From sequence record DRR723986_5550: a stretch of 64,000 nucleotides of DNA. The stretch is one strand, 5' to 3'. Of the stretch, positions 1-8,306 are shown in pieces. The position numbers and the translations under genes were made by a program. The notes below the pieces were generated by a model that made no database searches, was not told the origin of the DNA, and saw only the letters and a program-made list of their open reading frames with translations. Numbering within the stretch: the first letter of the stretch is position 1; the number at the start of each line of letters is the position of its first letter.

Positions 1-152
1 TGTACATGGCCATGTACATTGGTTTGATCATCTCTTATGTGTGGGTGCTGCGGTATACGCTGTTGGGCGGAATCGGTTCATCCAAGAAGGTCAATTGGGG
101 TGGAGCACCCACGGCAACTACACCTGCAGACAAGCTGCGCCGCGAACAATAA
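1..152 (+). CDS. cydA: Cytochrome bd ubiquinol oxidase subunit I, 3' end (truncated by window edge)
   Basis: Frame 3 is open from the window edge (YMAMYIGLIISYVWVLRYTLLGG...RREQ*, TAA 150-152). It encodes a hydrophobic last TM helix and lies directly upstream of cydB. Confidence 0.75.
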   Translation, partial: YMAMYIGLIISYVWVLRYTLLGGIGSSKKVNWGGAPTATTPADKLRREQ

Positions 153-164
153 AAGGGGACCTGC

Positions 165-1166
165 GTGATGACTTTCGAAGAGTTTTTGCCGCTGTTGTTC
201 ATGGGTGTCATGGGACTGTCCCTGCTGATTTACGTGGTGCTGGATGGGTACGATCTGGGTGTGGGGCTTTTGTTACCCCATGCCACAGACGATGAAAAAG
301 ACACCATGATCAATTCTATTGGTCCGTTCTGGGATGCAAATGAAACCTGGCTTGTGCTGGGTGTGGGTGTATTGCTGGTGGCGTTTCCAAAAGCCCACGG
401 CGTGGTGTTGACTGCTTTGTACCTGCCTGTCACGTTCATGCTGTTGGGCTTGGTGCTGCGCGGTGTGGCTTTTGATTTCCGTGTGAAAGTGGATGTGGCT
501 TACAAGCCGCTGTGGAACCGGATTTTTTTCATTGGTTCGCTGGTGACTTCGGTTTCACAAGGCTGGATGCTGGGCAGTTACATCACTGGTTTCTCGAACC
601 ATTGGTCACAACTGGTGTTCAATTTGGGTGTGGCCATCACTCTGCCTTTTGCCTACACGCTGCTGGCCAGTGGTTGGTTGATCATGAAAACCGAAGGCGA
701 TTTGATCGAGAAGTCTCGCCGCTGGGGGAGAATCAGTTTTTGGCCCATGCTGGCCTCAATTGCCTTTATTTCAGCCATGACACCCTTGGTCGTGCCTGAG
801 ATTTTCGAGAAATGGTTCAGTTTTCCCAATATCGTAGCGCTTGCGCCCATTCCAATTGCATCGGTGTTGTGCCTGTGGGGTATTCACCATGTGCTTGGCA
901 GCCAGCGTCTGATGGATGCCGGCTATGGTTGGATGGTTTTCGCACTGACGGCGGGAGTCATGACGTTGGCCTTTATGGGCTTGGCCTACAGCCAGTACCC
1001 CTACGTGGTGTTGAATCAATTGACCGTTTGGGAGGCCGCTTCTTCCCCTGAAGCATTGAAAATTATTCTGGTGGGTGTGGTGATCACTTTGCCAACAATC
1101 CTCGGTTACACTGCGTTTTCTTACAAAGTGTTCTGGGGTAAGGCCAAGGAATTGTCTTATCAGTAA
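165..1166 (+). CDS. cydB: Cytochrome bd ubiquinol oxidase subunit II (CioB/CydB type)
   Basis: Motifs LDGYDLGVG and IGPFWDANETWLV, LRGVAFDFR, C-terminal YKVFWGK; multiple TM helices. Start is GTG 165 or ATG 168. Confidence 0.95.
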   Translation: MMTFEEFLPLLFMGVMGLSLLIYVVLDGYDLGVGLLLPHATDDEKDTMINSIGPFWDANETWLVLGVGVLLVAFPKAHGVVLTALYLPVTFMLLGLVLRGVAFDFRVKVDVAYKPLWNRIFFIGSLVTSVSQGWMLGSYITGFSNHWSQLVFNLGVAITLPFAYTLLASGWLIMKTEGDLIEKSRRWGRISFWPMLASIAFISAMTPLVVPEIFEKWFSFPNIVALAPIPIASVLCLWGIHHVLGSQRLMDAGYGWMVFALTAGVMTLAFMGLAYSQYPYVVLNQLTVWEAASSPEALKIILVGVVITLPTILGYTAFSYKVFWGKAKELSYQ

Positions 1167-1202
1167 CCACGCAGTATCAACGCACCGAAGGAATTTGTTG
1201 AA

Positions 1203-1541
1203 ATGAGCATCAGGCAACTGAGCAATGAGGTCGCTGTGTGCGGCCAAATCAGTCCGGAAGATTTGGAAGCGATCGCCGAGCTGGGTTTTAAAACAATCGT
1301 GAATAATCGACCGGACCATGAGGTGGGTCCCCAACTGGCCCATTCGGTGATCGAAGCCAAAGCGAAAAGTTTGGGTTTGGCCATTCACTATTTGCCCATG
1401 GATGTTGGCCAGCCGCCATCGGAAGTATTGCTCGAGGACTTCAAGCGAATCCTTGATTCAGCCGAAAAGCCAGTGTTGGCATATTGTCGCAGCGGCAATC
1501 GGTCCGGCCAAATTTATATGGGTGCTTGCGCCCTGAAATAA
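1203..1541 (+). CDS. TIGR01244/DUF442 family sulfur transferase (PTP-like fold)
   Basis: GQISPEDL..GFKTIVNNRPD.E and PVLAYCRSGNRS (CX5R) motifs; 112 aa; SD AAGGA upstream. Confidence 0.9.
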   Translation: MSIRQLSNEVAVCGQISPEDLEAIAELGFKTIVNNRPDHEVGPQLAHSVIEAKAKSLGLAIHYLPMDVGQPPSEVLLEDFKRILDSAEKPVLAYCRSGNRSGQIYMGACALK

Positions 1542-1554
1542 ACCGGCTTTTTGC

Positions 1555-2073
1555 CTAGTGGCTCTTTCGATGATCGGGTTGTTGCGCGGGCATGGTCATG
1601 GCCAGCTCTCGGATCATTCGCACTGTATCAATGTCCGCAGCGCGATAAGCCTGCTTCCGAATTTCGTCGACGTCGTGTGATGATACTTCGGGGCCACCGA
1701 GGCTGGCTGGTGTATCGCTGACCTGGTACTGAAACCGCAACCAAAGTTCGCCTGACTCCGGTTCTTCAATTGAAATGGTTAATGTGCTGTCGCCACAAAA
1801 CTGATTCGCTACAATGCGAGTTTCGGTGCGATCTTCTTCGATCAGCTCGATGGTGTCTTCAATTTGAAAGGGGCCGTAATTCAGGACGCGCGCAAGCGTT
1901 GTGACATTGCCCTCTTGGCTCATTTGTATCACCTGCGCATCTTCAAGGCCAAGTATGAAGCGGGTGGGTTTCCAGGCCCGTGCCACCAAGCCAAACCAGA
2001 GTTGTTGCCGTGTTAACCAGTCAATGCCAGGCAAGCTCGGGTCGTTGATCTGCACCAAATGTTCAAATTTCAT
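1555..2073 (-). CDS. SRPBCC/DUF1857 (AtaL-like) protein
   Basis: MKFEHLVQINDP...LTRQQLWFGLVARAWKPTRF...AYRAADIDTVRMIR fits DUF1857. The ATG at 2073 is chosen over the ORF-track start at 2259, which would overlap ridA. Confidence 0.8.
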   Translation of the reverse strand: MKFEHLVQINDPSLPGIDWLTRQQLWFGLVARAWKPTRFILGLEDAQVIQMSQEGNVTTLARVLNYGPFQIEDTIELIEEDRTETRIVANQFCGDSTLTISIEEPESGELWLRFQYQVSDTPASLGGPEVSSHDVDEIRKQAYRAADIDTVRMIRELAMTMPAQQPDHRKSH

Positions 2074-2085
2074 GAAGGGGGTCCT

Positions 2086-2451
2086 GTGATACACAGACAA
2101 GGTACTACAAAACGCTACTCTGATTCCACAAGCTTCAACGGGGTGGTTTATTTGGTTGAGGTACCTTCCATGGAGGAGGGTGACATTCAGGCCCAAACCA
2201 GGGACCTTTTGGGTAGCCTTGAAGGCACTATGGCTGGCGCCGGGACTGACAAAAGCCATTTGTTGATGGTGCAGGTTTACCTCACCAACATGGCCCGCGA
2301 TTACGATGGGTTCAATGCAGTGTGGGAGGCCTGGTTGCCCGAGGGTACGGCACCCTCACGCGCGTGCGTGGAAGTCAAAGGCTTGGCCAAGCCTGGCTGG
2401 AAGGTAGAGCTGGTTGTGACCGCAGCGGTAAATCAGACTTTACTGGCATAG
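2086..2451 (+). CDS. RidA/YjgF family (YoaB-like) protein
   Basis: IQAQTRDLL, FNAVWEAWL and APSRACVE..LAKPGWKVELVVTAA motifs, with the catalytic Arg present. GTG start 2086 follows GAAGGGGG. Confidence 0.9.
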   Translation: MIHRQGTTKRYSDSTSFNGVVYLVEVPSMEEGDIQAQTRDLLGSLEGTMAGAGTDKSHLLMVQVYLTNMARDYDGFNAVWEAWLPEGTAPSRACVEVKGLAKPGWKVELVVTAAVNQTLLA

Positions 2452-4704
2452 CAGACGCAGGCGTTGTTGAAGCACTCGCAAGTTGGATTTCAGGTGTTCA
2501 ATTGAATTGGCGGCGGGCAGCTGGTTTTGCATCAGCTGATTTTCAAGCTGCTGGATAAAGTCTGCAAAAGCGAATTCGCCCACCAGTTTGCAGTGTCCCT
2601 TCAGTGTGTGCAGCGCTCGTTTGGCTTCTGGCAGGTTCTTGGCTGAAAGCTGTTTTTCGGTTTCATCTGAAAGTCGCGGAATTTCAGCCGCAATCATGTT
2701 GATGGTCGTTTTGAGCAATTCTTTGTCATGGTCAAAGTTTTGCATTGGAATAGGCGACACCTTGAATTTCAGGCGTGCCAGAACGGCTTCAATGTCACTG
2801 CGCTTGAATGGTTTTGAAATGTACTCACGCATGCCCGCCGACATGCAAGCCTCACGGGTGTCGGCAATTGCATCTGCGGTTAGCCCAACAATCGGCAGGT
2901 TTTTGTGTTGCGGTTTGGCAAGAATTGCGCGGCATGCTTCAAGCCCGCCCATGTTGGGCATGTGCATGTCCATAAACACCAAATCAAAATTTTCCTGGTC
3001 CACAGCCTGCAGGGCGGCCAGGCCATCGTCTGCAAAGCGGTAAGAAATGCCAAGCTGGGTCAGCACATGCGAGATGAAAGTCTGGTTGACCATATTGTCT
3101 TCAGCCACTAACACACGCAAGCCTGTGGCGGCTTGCCCAAACTCCGGCATGGCTGGATTGTTGTCTGAGGTCATGTCAACGGTTGGGGCTTCGCATTCAG
3201 TGGTTGTTTGTTGTTCAACTACAGGTAACTCTAGTGTAAAGCTGAATTCACTGCCAACACCTTCTTGGGACCAAAGATGTATTCGACTATTCATCAACTC
3301 CAGCAAACGTTGCGTGATGGTCAACCCCAGCCCGGTGCCGCCATACTTGCGCGCTGTACCCGGCTCTGCTTGAGAAAAGGCCTTGAAAATCTCGGTGTGG
3401 GCTGATTCTGAAATGCCCATTCCAGTGTCGCGCACCGCGAAATGAATTTTGCATCTGGATTGTGAATTTTTCTCAGATACCGGTCTCGCCGTGATTGTGA
3501 GACTGACCTGACCTCGCTCGGTAAACTTCAGGGCATTGCTCAACAGGTTATTCAACACTTGCATGATTCGAGGACAATCACCCAGCAAGCGGTCTGGAAC
3601 GGCTGGGTCAATGTCCAGCACCGTGACCACGCTGGGTTTTGCATATGCACTGGAGACCATTTTTACCATGGCCTGCACGTTGAGTCGCAATTCAAAAGGT
3701 TGCGGGTCCATGTCAAGGCGGTTGGCGTCAATCTTTGAAAAATCCAGTATGTCGTTGACGACCCGCAGCAGGTGTTCGGCACTGAGCTGTATCAACTCCA
3801 GATTGCGTCGGGGTTTTTCTGCCAGTGCACTATTGCCCAAGGTAATTTCAGTCAGTCCCAGTATGCCGTTCAAGGGCGTTCTGATTTCGTGGCTCATATT
3901 GGCCACAAACTGGGATTTCAGGTCATTGGATTTGTCCGCTTTAAGTTTAGCTACCTCCAATGCACGGTTTTTCTTTTGAAGTGTGACCGACGCCCAATTG
4001 AGGGTACGGTGCAGCATGGCCAACTCGCGGGAGGTGGGAGAGGTGGCATGTTCAATACCCTGGTCTTTCACCATTCGCTGCGCAAAATCGGTGAGTGAAT
4101 TCAATTCTTGAATTGTTTTGCGGATAAAAAGCCACAAGGCCAGAGCTGCTGGAAAAATCAGAATGACAGCCAGAAGAATGTTGCGTTCGATCAGTTCGGA
4201 CTGACGGGTCTGGAGGGGTGTCAAATCATATTCCAGCACCACATGGCCAATTGTGCGTCCGGATTCGATGGGTTCAATCACTGTCAGGTAGCGATCACTG
4301 CTGAATAGTTGTGTGCCCGAATCTCGCTTGGGCACACGCAACCGGCCAACGTCATAACGGGGTGAGAGGTTGTGGGTTTTTGAATCGCGAAGAACCTGAG
4401 CCAATACTTTTCCCTCGGCGGAAACTACGGTGGCCGAATAAAGATCTTTGAAGCCGTTGGCCTTCAAGAGCAAGGTTTCAATAATGGCGAAGTCTTTTTC
4501 CAGCAAATGGCTGTTGCTAGAGACTGCCAGATTGAATGCGAGGGCTGTGGCTTGTTGATTGAATACACCTTGCAACTGGTTGCGCTGGGTTTTGGTGTTG
4601 AACCAGGTAAATGCCAGGGCAAGTGTCAAGACCAAACCAATGCCCAGCACCAACAGTTTGGTGCCCAGGCTGGGATGCGTGATGGTATGGAAAGAGGGTT
4701 TCAA
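2440..4704 (-). CDS. Hybrid sensor histidine kinase (2 TM, HAMP-like, HisKA, HATPase, REC, Hpt)
   Basis: H-box FVANMSHEIRTPLNGILG, N-box NLLSNALKFT, G-boxes DTGMG and GGTGLGL, receiver VAEDN..FMDMHMP..SKP, Hpt ALHTLKG. Confidence 0.95.
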   Translation of the reverse strand: MKPSFHTITHPSLGTKLLVLGIGLVLTLALAFTWFNTKTQRNQLQGVFNQQATALAFNLAVSSNSHLLEKDFAIIETLLLKANGFKDLYSATVVSAEGKVLAQVLRDSKTHNLSPRYDVGRLRVPKRDSGTQLFSSDRYLTVIEPIESGRTIGHVVLEYDLTPLQTRQSELIERNILLAVILIFPAALALWLFIRKTIQELNSLTDFAQRMVKDQGIEHATSPTSRELAMLHRTLNWASVTLQKKNRALEVAKLKADKSNDLKSQFVANMSHEIRTPLNGILGLTEITLGNSALAEKPRRNLELIQLSAEHLLRVVNDILDFSKIDANRLDMDPQPFELRLNVQAMVKMVSSAYAKPSVVTVLDIDPAVPDRLLGDCPRIMQVLNNLLSNALKFTERGQVSLTITARPVSEKNSQSRCKIHFAVRDTGMGISESAHTEIFKAFSQAEPGTARKYGGTGLGLTITQRLLELMNSRIHLWSQEGVGSEFSFTLELPVVEQQTTTECEAPTVDMTSDNNPAMPEFGQAATGLRVLVAEDNMVNQTFISHVLTQLGISYRFADDGLAALQAVDQENFDLVFMDMHMPNMGGLEACRAILAKPQHKNLPIVGLTADAIADTREACMSAGMREYISKPFKRSDIEAVLARLKFKVSPIPMQNFDHDKELLKTTINMIAAEIPRLSDETEKQLSAKNLPEAKRALHTLKGHCKLVGEFAFADFIQQLENQLMQNQLPAANSIEHLKSNLRVLQQRLRLLCQ

Positions 4705-5558
4705 TTGGAAAGAAATGCCTCGAGACCAAGATTTTCCAGTGGCTTGTAATCTTTGGCGTAATCAGCCCGTACGGGGTTGGGAATTTGAATGTCCTCGCCC
4801 ACCTGTTTGTGCGTTTTAATGTGTCCCAAGATGGCGGCTGTGATGGCCTCTCGAGTACCGGGATCCACACGTGGATGCGCTGCGATCGGATGGGGTGGTG
4901 CAGGAGGCGTTTCGTAAATTACCTTGATCCTTTGTTGAAGTTCGGGTGTTTCAGCCAGCAGGGTGGCATTGACCATGCCGCCGGCTTGCCCTTCGCCTCG
5001 CACTACGCCGCGAATGACGTTGGAGTGTGTTTTGACATATTTGGTGGTGAACTCCAGACCTTTCTCGCGTTTCAGCAAGGCACGCATATACAGCGAAGCG
5101 CCGAACGCGTTGGGCGATGGAAACAGCAGGGTTTTACCGTTCAAATCACTGAGGGTCTTGATGCCGCCAGTTTCGCTGTCGGTTGAGGCAATCAGAATAC
5201 CAGTCAAGGGTTTGCTGTCACGTACCAGTGGAATATAGCCTTGTGCCTTTTTGGCCATCACCATGTGATAAGGGTTACAGTAGATCAGCTCCGCTTGCCC
5301 AGCCTTGAATTGGTTTTCAAACTCCGTGATGTCCTTGGCGAAAACAAGCTCAATTGGAGGAAGACCGTCTATTTGCAATCCATCCAGCAATTTGCTCCAT
5401 GTCGCATGAATTTCAGTGGCTGGAAATTGTGGTACCACAAGAAGACGAAGGGCTGAATTCTTGTCGGCGCTGTGCGCCAGTGGCCAGCCAATCAATCCAA
5501 ACAATGTGACAATACAGGTCAATATTGTGCGAATACTTGACGCAGTGAAAGTGGGCAT
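4701..5558 (-). CDS. PhnD/SsuA-like periplasmic substrate-binding protein
   Basis: Signal peptide followed by VVPQF, NPYH and FPSPNAFGASL..Y+KTHSNV..PPHPIAAHPRV motifs of the phosphonate-binding family. The start is uncertain (5558 vs 5615). Its TGA overlaps the kinase TTG start. Confidence 0.85.
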   Translation of the reverse strand: MPTFTASSIRTILTCIVTLFGLIGWPLAHSADKNSALRLLVVPQFPATEIHATWSKLLDGLQIDGLPPIELVFAKDITEFENQFKAGQAELIYCNPYHMVMAKKAQGYIPLVRDSKPLTGILIASTDSETGGIKTLSDLNGKTLLFPSPNAFGASLYMRALLKREKGLEFTTKYVKTHSNVIRGVVRGEGQAGGMVNATLLAETPELQQRIKVIYETPPAPPHPIAAHPRVDPGTREAITAAILGHIKTHKQVGEDIQIPNPVRADYAKDYKPLENLGLEAFLSN

Positions 5559-5564
5559 GATTTC

Positions 5565-5593
5565 AAATGTTAAATAATTGTCAATTAACATTT
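5565..5593. promoter_or_regulatory. AT-rich inverted repeat, candidate operator in the SBP/murI divergent region
   Basis: AAATGTTAA-N11-TTAACATTT, perfect 9-bp arms. Confidence 0.4.
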
Positions 5594-5661
5594 TAATATT
5601 TATCGGGTTCCTCAAATCATGAAAACAAGCATTGATTTACCCTGTATTTCAAAGGTGTTGA

Positions 5662-6498
5662 ATGGTGAAGCCCGTGTTGCATGAATCGTCCCTTGCGGTC
5701 GGTGTGTTTGATTCGGGCGTCGGTGGCTTGTCGGTCCTCAAAGAGATGTTGAATCACTTGCCAGCTGAACATTTTCAGTTCGTGGCCGATGAGCGTTATT
5801 TGCCGTATGGCGACAAGCCCCAACACGAGATTACCGACCGGGTATTGACACTGTCCAACTGGTTGCGAAATCAAGGTTGCAAAGCCATGGTGATGGCCTG
5901 CAACACGGCAACGGCAGCGGGTGCCAACCAAGCCCGGGCGGTCCACGCGAATTGGCCCATTGTGGGCATTGAGCCTGCTGTCAAGCCTGCCAGTATGCTG
6001 ACTAAAACAGGTGTGGTCGGTATTTTGGCGACCACCAACACCGTAGCCAGTGAACGGTTTAAGGCCTTGGTTGAAAGGTTTGACCCCATGGCCAAGGTGA
6101 TTGCCCACCCTTGCCCCGGCCTGGTTGAGTTGATTGAGCGATCACCCATGCCAGAAGATGCGATTGAGGCTTTGTTAAAACCTGTGGTTGCCGAGCTACT
6201 TCAAAAACAGGCCGATGTCATTGTGCTGGGTTGCACACACTACCCCTTTGTTGCACATCTCATCTCCAGACTTGCTGGTCCCGGTGTGGCGGTGATTGAA
6301 ACAGGCTTGGCAGTGGCCAAACAACTGAAAACGCGCCTGGAGAGTGAAAACCTGTTGAATGTGGGCAATGAACATCTGCCATCGATTGAGCGCGTGAGTT
6401 TTTTCACCACGGGTCAACCAGAGGCTTTCAAATCAAAGTTGGTGAATTTGTTGGGCACCGCTTGGTGCAATGCCCAGGTGCAGAAATTGGATGTTTAA
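5662..6498 (+). CDS. murI: Glutamate racemase
   Basis: GVFDSGVGGLSV, PYGDK, ACNTA and VLGCTHYP catalytic motifs. Confidence 0.97.
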   Translation: MVKPVLHESSLAVGVFDSGVGGLSVLKEMLNHLPAEHFQFVADERYLPYGDKPQHEITDRVLTLSNWLRNQGCKAMVMACNTATAAGANQARAVHANWPIVGIEPAVKPASMLTKTGVVGILATTNTVASERFKALVERFDPMAKVIAHPCPGLVELIERSPMPEDAIEALLKPVVAELLQKQADVIVLGCTHYPFVAHLISRLAGPGVAVIETGLAVAKQLKTRLESENLLNVGNEHLPSIERVSFFTTGQPEAFKSKLVNLLGTAWCNAQVQKLDV

Positions 6499-6506
6499 CT
6501 GCAGTC

Positions 6507-7277
6507 TTAACTGGCTGCCAACATTTTTGCTACTTGAACGAATTGCTCAGGCGCAATTTCTTCGGCGCGCGCAGTCAGTGAAATGCCTGCTTTTTCGGCA
6601 ATGTGTTGGGGCACGACATCGGCCCAGGTGTTGCGCAACATTTTTCGACGCTGTGAAAATGCGGTGCTGACGACACGGCTGAAAATCTCGCCTGGAATGG
6701 CAGCGCGTTCTTGGGCCTTTTTGGGTACCATTCGAACGATCGCAGACATCACACGAGGTGGTGGATCGAAGCATTCAGGCGGCACATCAAACAAATGATC
6801 CATGTCGTAATAGGCCTGCAACATCACTGATAACCTGCCGTAGTCGCTTGTTTTTGGTGCGGCTACCATGCGGTCAATCACTTCCTTTTGCAGCATGAAG
6901 TGCTGATCAATCACCCTGTCTGCAACATCAAGCAAAGCGAATAAAATGGGCGAGGAGATGTTGTAAGGCAGGTTGCCTACCACCCGAAAAGGCGCGGGGA
7001 GTTGTCCAAAGTCAAATTTCAACACATCCACTTCGTGAACCGTGAGCTTGTCTTTCCAGCCACCGGTTCGAAGCTTCTCTGCCAGGTCCCGGTCAATTTC
7101 AATCACCTGCAGGTGATCGACTGCTTTGAGCAACCAGAAGGTCAGTGCGCCCAAACCGGGCCCAATTTCAACCAGTGTGTCGTTCGCGCGCGGTCGCATC
7201 TCGCCGATCAGGTTGGACAACACACTTTGATCAGTCAAAAAGTGTTGCCCAAATCGTTTTTTTGCTTGGTGTTTCAT
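6507..7277 (-). CDS. rsmA: 16S rRNA m6,2A1518/1519 dimethyltransferase
   Basis: KKRFGQHFL, EIGPGLGALT, GNLPYNIS, QRRKMLRN. ATG 7277 overlaps the pdxA stop (ATGA). Confidence 0.97.
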   Translation of the reverse strand: MKHQAKKRFGQHFLTDQSVLSNLIGEMRPRANDTLVEIGPGLGALTFWLLKAVDHLQVIEIDRDLAEKLRTGGWKDKLTVHEVDVLKFDFGQLPAPFRVVGNLPYNISSPILFALLDVADRVIDQHFMLQKEVIDRMVAAPKTSDYGRLSVMLQAYYDMDHLFDVPPECFDPPPRVMSAIVRMVPKKAQERAAIPGEIFSRVVSTAFSQRRKMLRNTWADVVPQHIAEKAGISLTARAEEIAPEQFVQVAKMLAAS

Positions 7278-8296
7278 TGCGCGTTCCTGCGGCATAGGTC
7301 CATATGGTGCGCGCATTCTACCGCTTCACTCAGGCTGCCAGCATCCATGTTGCCGGTACCAGCCAGGTCAAGTGCAGTGCCGTGGTCCACTGAGGTCCGC
7401 ACAATGGGTAAGCCCAGTGAAATATTGACTCCCTGACCAAAACTTGCATGTTTCAGCACCGGCAACCCCTGGTCGTGAAACATGGCCAAGACTGCATCGC
7501 TGTTTTTCAGGTATTTGGGCTGAAACAAGGTGTCTGCTGGAAACGGTCCCTGTACATCATGCCCCTTGGCTTGAAAAGCCTGGATGGTTGGCATGATGGT
7601 GTCTATTTCCTCGCGCCCCAGGTCGCCTGATTCACCCGCGTGGGGATTCAGTCCTGTCACCAGAATTCGCGGTTTTGGTAAACCCCAGTAAAGGCTCAAG
7701 TCGTGCAGCATGATTTCCAGCGTGCGAGTAAGGCTGTTACGGGTAATTGCCGCGGACACACTGCTCAGAGGAATGTGTGTGGTGGCCAGTGCCACTTTCA
7801 TGTTGCCACCAGTCAGCATCATGACAACATCACGTTGGCCACAGCGTTGCGCCAGGTATTCGGTGTGCCCCATGAAACCGGGCCAGTAGGGGCTGATTGC
7901 TGATTTTTGAATGGGCGCCGTTACCATGGCGGCTGCGGTACCATTCAGGCATGCATCGCAGGCCAGGTCGAGCAGACCCAGCACATAGGGCGCATTGGCC
8001 GGGTTGGGTTGGCCCGTGATACAGGGGCTTGAAAGAGTGTGATTGAGCAGAAAGTATCCGTGTGGCCCGGTATCGCTTGTTCCAACGTCCTGCAGCGAGT
8101 TGATTCGCTGCCATGTCGGTTGGATGCCCGCATGACTGGCCCTGGTCTCCAGCAGATCTGAATCACCGAGAATGACCAATGAGCGTTTCAGCCGATTCGC
8201 CTGGTTTGATTCAGCCAGCAAAGCGCACAATTCTGGCCCGATCCCCGCGGGTTCACCGCTGGTGACGAGGATCGGGAGATTTGCAGCCCAGCTCAT
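7274..8296 (-). CDS. pdxA: 4-hydroxythreonine-4-phosphate dehydrogenase
   Basis: GEPAGIGPE, GHTEYLA, GLNPHAGE, MFHDQGL, RTSVDHGTA. ATG 8296. Confidence 0.97.
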   Translation of the reverse strand: MSWAANLPILVTSGEPAGIGPELCALLAESNQANRLKRSLVILGDSDLLETRASHAGIQPTWQRINSLQDVGTSDTGPHGYFLLNHTLSSPCITGQPNPANAPYVLGLLDLACDACLNGTAAAMVTAPIQKSAISPYWPGFMGHTEYLAQRCGQRDVVMMLTGGNMKVALATTHIPLSSVSAAITRNSLTRTLEIMLHDLSLYWGLPKPRILVTGLNPHAGESGDLGREEIDTIMPTIQAFQAKGHDVQGPFPADTLFQPKYLKNSDAVLAMFHDQGLPVLKHASFGQGVNISLGLPIVRTSVDHGTALDLAGTGNMDAGSLSEAVECAHHMDLCRRNAQ

Positions 8297-8306
8297 GCCT
8301 TGTACA

